Positions 60,489 to 64,000 of a DNA stretch of 64,000 nt are shown piece by piece. The stretch lies in assembly GCA_021325355.1 (NCBI GenBank), contig JAJPHI010000006.1, positions 2,861 to 66,860 on the forward strand, in the 5' to 3' direction. Under the pieces are notes generated by a model. That model made no database searches and was not told where the DNA came from. It was given only the letters and a program-made list of their open reading frames with translations. Positions within the stretch are counted from its first letter, which is position 1, and each line of letters begins with the position of its first letter. The translations under genes and the position numbers were made by a program. This DNA comes from Pseudomonadota bacterium. Lineage in GTDB: Bacteria; Desulfobacterota; Binatia; Binatales; Binataceae.

Positions 60489-61247
60489 ATGACCCGTTTG
60501 TCGAACAAGGTTGCGATCGTCACCGGCGGCGCGCAGGGTATCGGCAAAGCCATCGCCACGCGCCTGGCCGGCGAAGGCGCAGCCGTCGCGCTGGCCGATA
60601 TCCAGGATACCGTCGCCGCCCAAACCGCGCAGGAGCTCAGGGCCGGCGGCGCTACGGTGCTTCCGGTCCATCTCGATGTCACGAGCCTCGACAGTGCGAC
60701 GGCCGCCGTCGAGCGCGTGGTCGCCGAGTTCGGCGGCCTTGATATCCTCGTCAACAATGCCGGATGGGACAAACTCGAGCCGTTCATCCAAAGCACGCCG
60801 GCAACCTGGGACAAGGTTATCGCGATCAACTTTCGCGGCGTGATCCACTGCTGCAAGGCGGCGATCCCCAGGATGCTCGAACGCGGTGCCGGCAAAATCG
60901 TCTCGATCGCTTCCGACGCCGGCCGCGTCGGTTCGTCGGGCGAAGCGGTTTACTCGGGATGCAAAGCCGCCATTATCGGCTTCTCGAAGACTCTGGCCCG
61001 CGAACTCGCCCGCAACCGGATCAACGTGAACGTCGTCTGCCCCGGACCGACCGAGACCGCCCTGCTGCATGGCGTGATGGACCAGCAGCCGAACGTGCTC
61101 GAGGCGATGAAACGCGGCATCCCGATGCGCCGCCTCGGCCAGCCGCAGGACCTTGCCGGCGCCGTCGCCTTTCTCGCGTCGTCTGACGCCGATTACGTCA
61201 CCGGACAGGTGATCAGCGTGAGCGGCGGCCTCACGATGGTCGGATAG
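60489..61247 (+). CDS. SDR family oxidoreductase (FabG-like)
   Basis: ATG at 60489 with TGGAQGIGKA, NNAG and YSGCKAA. Confidence 0.88.
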   Translation: MTRLSNKVAIVTGGAQGIGKAIATRLAGEGAAVALADIQDTVAAQTAQELRAGGATVLPVHLDVTSLDSATAAVERVVAEFGGLDILVNNAGWDKLEPFIQSTPATWDKVIAINFRGVIHCCKAAIPRMLERGAGKIVSIASDAGRVGSSGEAVYSGCKAAIIGFSKTLARELARNRINVNVVCPGPTETALLHGVMDQQPNVLEAMKRGIPMRRLGQPQDLAGAVAFLASSDADYVTGQVISVSGGLTMVG

Positions 61248-61310
61248 GGCTGCCGACGCCATCGACTCCGGTCGGTTTTCCGCCGGCCGGAAATCGCGAT
61301 CGGCGAGCTG

Positions 61311-61706
61311 CTAGACCACCGGCAAGGCGACCCTGGGATCGGGTCCGAAACGGTTCTCGGCCGGCTGCCCCGCTTCACAAAAGAACACGAGCAGCACGAT
61401 CCATCCGAGGACCGGCACCAGCTCGAGCAGCAGCCACCATCCGCTGCGATCGGTATCGTGCAGGCGGCGAATCCGCACGGCGAGACTGGGGATCAGCACG
61501 GCGAGTCCATAGAGCTCCCACGGCAGACGCGATCCCACGAAGTGCTGGCCAATGATCGCGAGCCCGGAGGTGATGAGCAGGTTGCAGAGATAAAACCACC
61601 AGAACTCGGCGCGCTGCGACCTGCCGGCGAAATCCAGGCCACGTTCCCACACGCGAAAATACCAGTCGATCACGCTGACCAGACCTTCACAGCAAGCACG
61701 TTTCAA
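61311..61706 (-). CDS. DUF805 domain membrane protein
   Basis: RSQRAEFWWFYL plus RRLHDTDRSGWW, the classic DUF805 motifs. The start is uncertain. Confidence 0.8.
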   Translation of the reverse strand: MKRACCEGLVSVIDWYFRVWERGLDFAGRSQRAEFWWFYLCNLLITSGLAIIGQHFVGSRLPWELYGLAVLIPSLAVRIRRLHDTDRSGWWLLLELVPVLGWIVLLVFFCEAGQPAENRFGPDPRVALPVV

Positions 61707-61793
61707 TCCTCATTTCCGCATCCCGCTGAAATCGAGTAAATGCTGTAATGTTCAAACCCGGACGCTCTTGTCAATCGAAAGGACGAACAGGCG

Positions 61794-62864
61794 ATGGCTG
61801 CTAAGGCTTCCCTCGATATGGAAAAGGCAAAACAGGTGGCACAAACCGTGGTCGGTGACGTCGCAACGGTGGTGCACGGCGCGCTCACCTATATCGGCGA
61901 CCGCCTGGGGCTCTTCAAGGCGATGAAGGATGCCGGTCCCCTGACGATCGCCGAGGTCGCCGCGCGCTCGGGACTGAACGAACGTTACGTCCGCGAATGG
62001 CTCGGCGCGATGGCCGCGGCGCGCTACGTCGAATACAACGCCGCCGACGAAACCTACACCCTGACCCCGGCGTACGCGGCCGCGCTCGCCGACGAAGATT
62101 CGCCGTTCTTCGTGGGGAGTTACTTCCAGATGGCGCAGGCGGCCGTAACCGTCGCGCCGAAGGTGGCCGAAGCGTTCGCCAAAGGCGGCGGAGTGCCACA
62201 ATCCGAATATCCGCCGTCATTTTTCGAGGCCGCCGAACGCAACTCCCGCACCCGCTATCAGCACAAGCTCATCCGCAAATGGCTCCCCGCGATGCCGCAG
62301 GTAATCGAGGTGCTCAACGCCGGTGGACGCGCCGCCGACGTCGGATGCGGCGGCGGGCGCGCCGCCATCATGATCGCCCAGGCCTTTCCCAAGGCGCGGC
62401 TGGTTGGCTACGACGTCCATCCGCCCTCGATCGAACGCGCCCGCCGCAACGCCCAGGAAGCCGGCGTCGCCGATCGCGTCACGTTCGAGGTCGGCAACGG
62501 CACTGACCTTCCGGCCGATGCATTCAACTTCGTCACCACTTTCGACGTTGTTCACGACTCGGTCGATCCGGTCGGATTAATGCGCGGCATCCGGCGCGCG
62601 CTCAAGGCCGACGGCACCTACCTCGTGCAGGAGGTCAATGTTTCCGACAAGGTGGGCGAGAACCTGCGCCCGATGGGCAAGATGGTGTACTCCGTCAGCA
62701 CGCTCTACTGCATGACGACTTCGTTGGCGCATCACGGTGCCGGTATCGGGGTGGCGATGGGCGAAGCGAAGGCGCGCGAACTGGCCGCGAGCGCGGGCTT
62801 CAGCCGTTTCACCCGTCTGCCGGTCAAGGACGATTTCGCCGTGCTGTACGAATTGCGTCCCTAG
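61794..62864 (+). CDS. class I SAM-dependent methyltransferase with an N-terminal winged-helix-like domain
   Basis: 356 aa with motif I DVGCGGG and post-I YDVH. Confidence 0.8.
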   Translation: MAAKASLDMEKAKQVAQTVVGDVATVVHGALTYIGDRLGLFKAMKDAGPLTIAEVAARSGLNERYVREWLGAMAAARYVEYNAADETYTLTPAYAAALADEDSPFFVGSYFQMAQAAVTVAPKVAEAFAKGGGVPQSEYPPSFFEAAERNSRTRYQHKLIRKWLPAMPQVIEVLNAGGRAADVGCGGGRAAIMIAQAFPKARLVGYDVHPPSIERARRNAQEAGVADRVTFEVGNGTDLPADAFNFVTTFDVVHDSVDPVGLMRGIRRALKADGTYLVQEVNVSDKVGENLRPMGKMVYSVSTLYCMTTSLAHHGAGIGVAMGEAKARELAASAGFSRFTRLPVKDDFAVLYELRP

Positions 62865-62922
62865 GGGACGACTTGTCTGAGCGTGATCGGCTCGGCAGAG
62901 TGATCGCTGCCGGAGGTCGTCA

Positions 62923-64000
62923 ATGAGCGGTAACCATCATAACACCACCCGATCCGCGGAAATTCGCGCGCGCGTTGGCCATCCGATTATCGACTCGGAC
63001 GGTCACGTCGTCGAATTCGAGCCGGCATTGCTCGATTACATCCGTGACGTCGGCGGCGCCAAAATGCTCGAGCGCTACAAGACCGCCTTCGATACCGCTT
63101 TCTACTTCCGCTGGAATCATGCGACGCCGGAACAGCGGCGCGAGTTCCGCATGCCGCGGCCGGTGTTCTGGCCCTATCCGACGCGCAATACCTACGATCG
63201 GGCAACGGCCGCCCTGCCGCGCCTGCTCCATAAGCGCCTCGACGAGATGGGGCTGGATTTCACGATCCTGAATCCGAGCCAGGGCCTGTTCGCGCCGCAT
63301 ATCGAGGACGACGAGCTGCGCCGCGTGGTCTGCCGCGCCTTCAACAATTATCACGCCGATATCTTTCGCGAGTATGCCGACCGGATCACGCCCGCCGCCT
63401 GCGTGCCGATGAACACGCCAGAGGAAGCGATCGCCGAGCTTGAACACATCAAAAAGCTCGGGCTCAAGGTCGCGATGATGGCGGCGTTCGTCAAACGTCC
63501 GGTTCCCGGCCTGGCCAAACAGGCGCCGCAGATGGCCCGCTATCTCACCTGGATGGATAACCTCTGCCTCGACAGCGAATACGATTACGACCCGGTCTGG
63601 GCCAAATGTGTCGAGCTCCGCATCACTCCGTCGTTCCATTCCTTCGGCCTCAACTGGGGCATGCGCATCTCGATTTCCAACTTCATGTACAACCAGATCG
63701 GCCACTTCGCGGCGGCCGCCGACGGGATCTGCAAGGCCCTGTTCCTCGGCGGCGTGACGCGCCGCTTCCCGACCTTGAAGTTCGCCTTCAAAGAGGGCGG
63801 CGCCGGCTGGGCGGTCAGTCTCTATTGCTCGCTCTACGAACGCTGGCACAAGCGCAACCTGAAGACGCTCGAGAACGTCAATCCAAAAAACCTCGACCTC
63901 GAACTTTACCGATCACTCTGCGCCGAATACGGCGACGAGTTCGTCAAGGGCCGGCTCGACGGGCCCCTGGTGCTCTCGGAACTCGAAGGCGGCGGCGGTG
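62923..64000 (+). CDS. amidohydrolase family protein (Amidohydro_2), partial at the window end; paralog of 1586..3052
   Basis: Not in the track because there is no stop in the window. The ATG at 62923 gives MSGNHHNTTRSAEIRARVGHPIIDSDGHVVEFEPALLDYIRDVGG...LDEMGLDFTI...CLDSEYDYDPVW...GGVTRRFP...EGGAGW, colinear with the protein from 1586..3052. The antisense track ORF 62920..63849 is a shadow ORF. Confidence 0.8.
   Translation, partial: MSGNHHNTTRSAEIRARVGHPIIDSDGHVVEFEPALLDYIRDVGGAKMLERYKTAFDTAFYFRWNHATPEQRREFRMPRPVFWPYPTRNTYDRATAALPRLLHKRLDEMGLDFTILNPSQGLFAPHIEDDELRRVVCRAFNNYHADIFREYADRITPAACVPMNTPEEAIAELEHIKKLGLKVAMMAAFVKRPVPGLAKQAPQMARYLTWMDNLCLDSEYDYDPVWAKCVELRITPSFHSFGLNWGMRISISNFMYNQIGHFAAAADGICKALFLGGVTRRFPTLKFAFKEGGAGWAVSLYCSLYERWHKRNLKTLENVNPKNLDLELYRSLCAEYGDEFVKGRLDGPLVLSELEGGGG

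Noticed and set aside
60129-61262. 377-aa ORF antisense to the SDR gene at 60489..61247
   Set aside because: It is a shadow ORF; the + strand product has canonical SDR motifs.
62920-63849. 309-aa ORF on the minus strand near the window end
   Set aside because: It is a shadow ORF; the + strand open frame from 62923 encodes a clear paralog of the 1586..3052 amidohydrolase.

Overview
High-GC (about two-thirds G+C by eye), gene-dense bacterial chromosomal segment with about 62 supportable protein-coding genes on both strands. I recognised no rRNA, tRNA, CRISPR array, transposase or integrase. Housekeeping anchors are gyrA, cinA-recA, lgt, dtd, ribE, mazG, rpsT and ispG. They sit among many CoA-thioester and lipid-type catabolic genes: 3 acyl-CoA dehydrogenases (one frameshifted), 2 crotonases, 3 family-III CoA-transferases, 3 SDRs, a thiolase-like/DUF35 pair, 2 hotdog dehydratases, a P450, a PhyH dioxygenase and 2 paralogous Amidohydro_2 proteins. 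There is also a propionyl-CoA to succinyl-CoA block (carboxyltransferase, separate biotin carboxylase, separate BCCP, B12-domain-less methylmalonyl-CoA mutase). Many long antisense ORFs in the track are high-GC shadow ORFs and were rejected. Several track ORFs carry N-terminal over-extensions that I trimmed to internal starts with Shine-Dalgarno support. The best novelty candidates are as follows. (1) A three-gene orphan module at 45974-47600, containing an HExxH protein with an Arg-rich tail, a translationally coupled unknown partner and a convergent unknown gene; it follows a 640-bp AT-rich non-coding stretch. (2) A circularly-permuted ATP-grasp / alpha-E / transglutaminase triad lacking the Anbu peptidase and divergent from recA. 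(3) A thiolase-like protein apparently lacking the nucleophilic Cys, next to DUF35, PhyH and a hotdog pair (Ltp2/ChsH-like). (4) An orphan Cys-rich secreted protein behind an AT-rich repeat-bearing promoter region. All family calls come from motif recognition by eye, not database searches.
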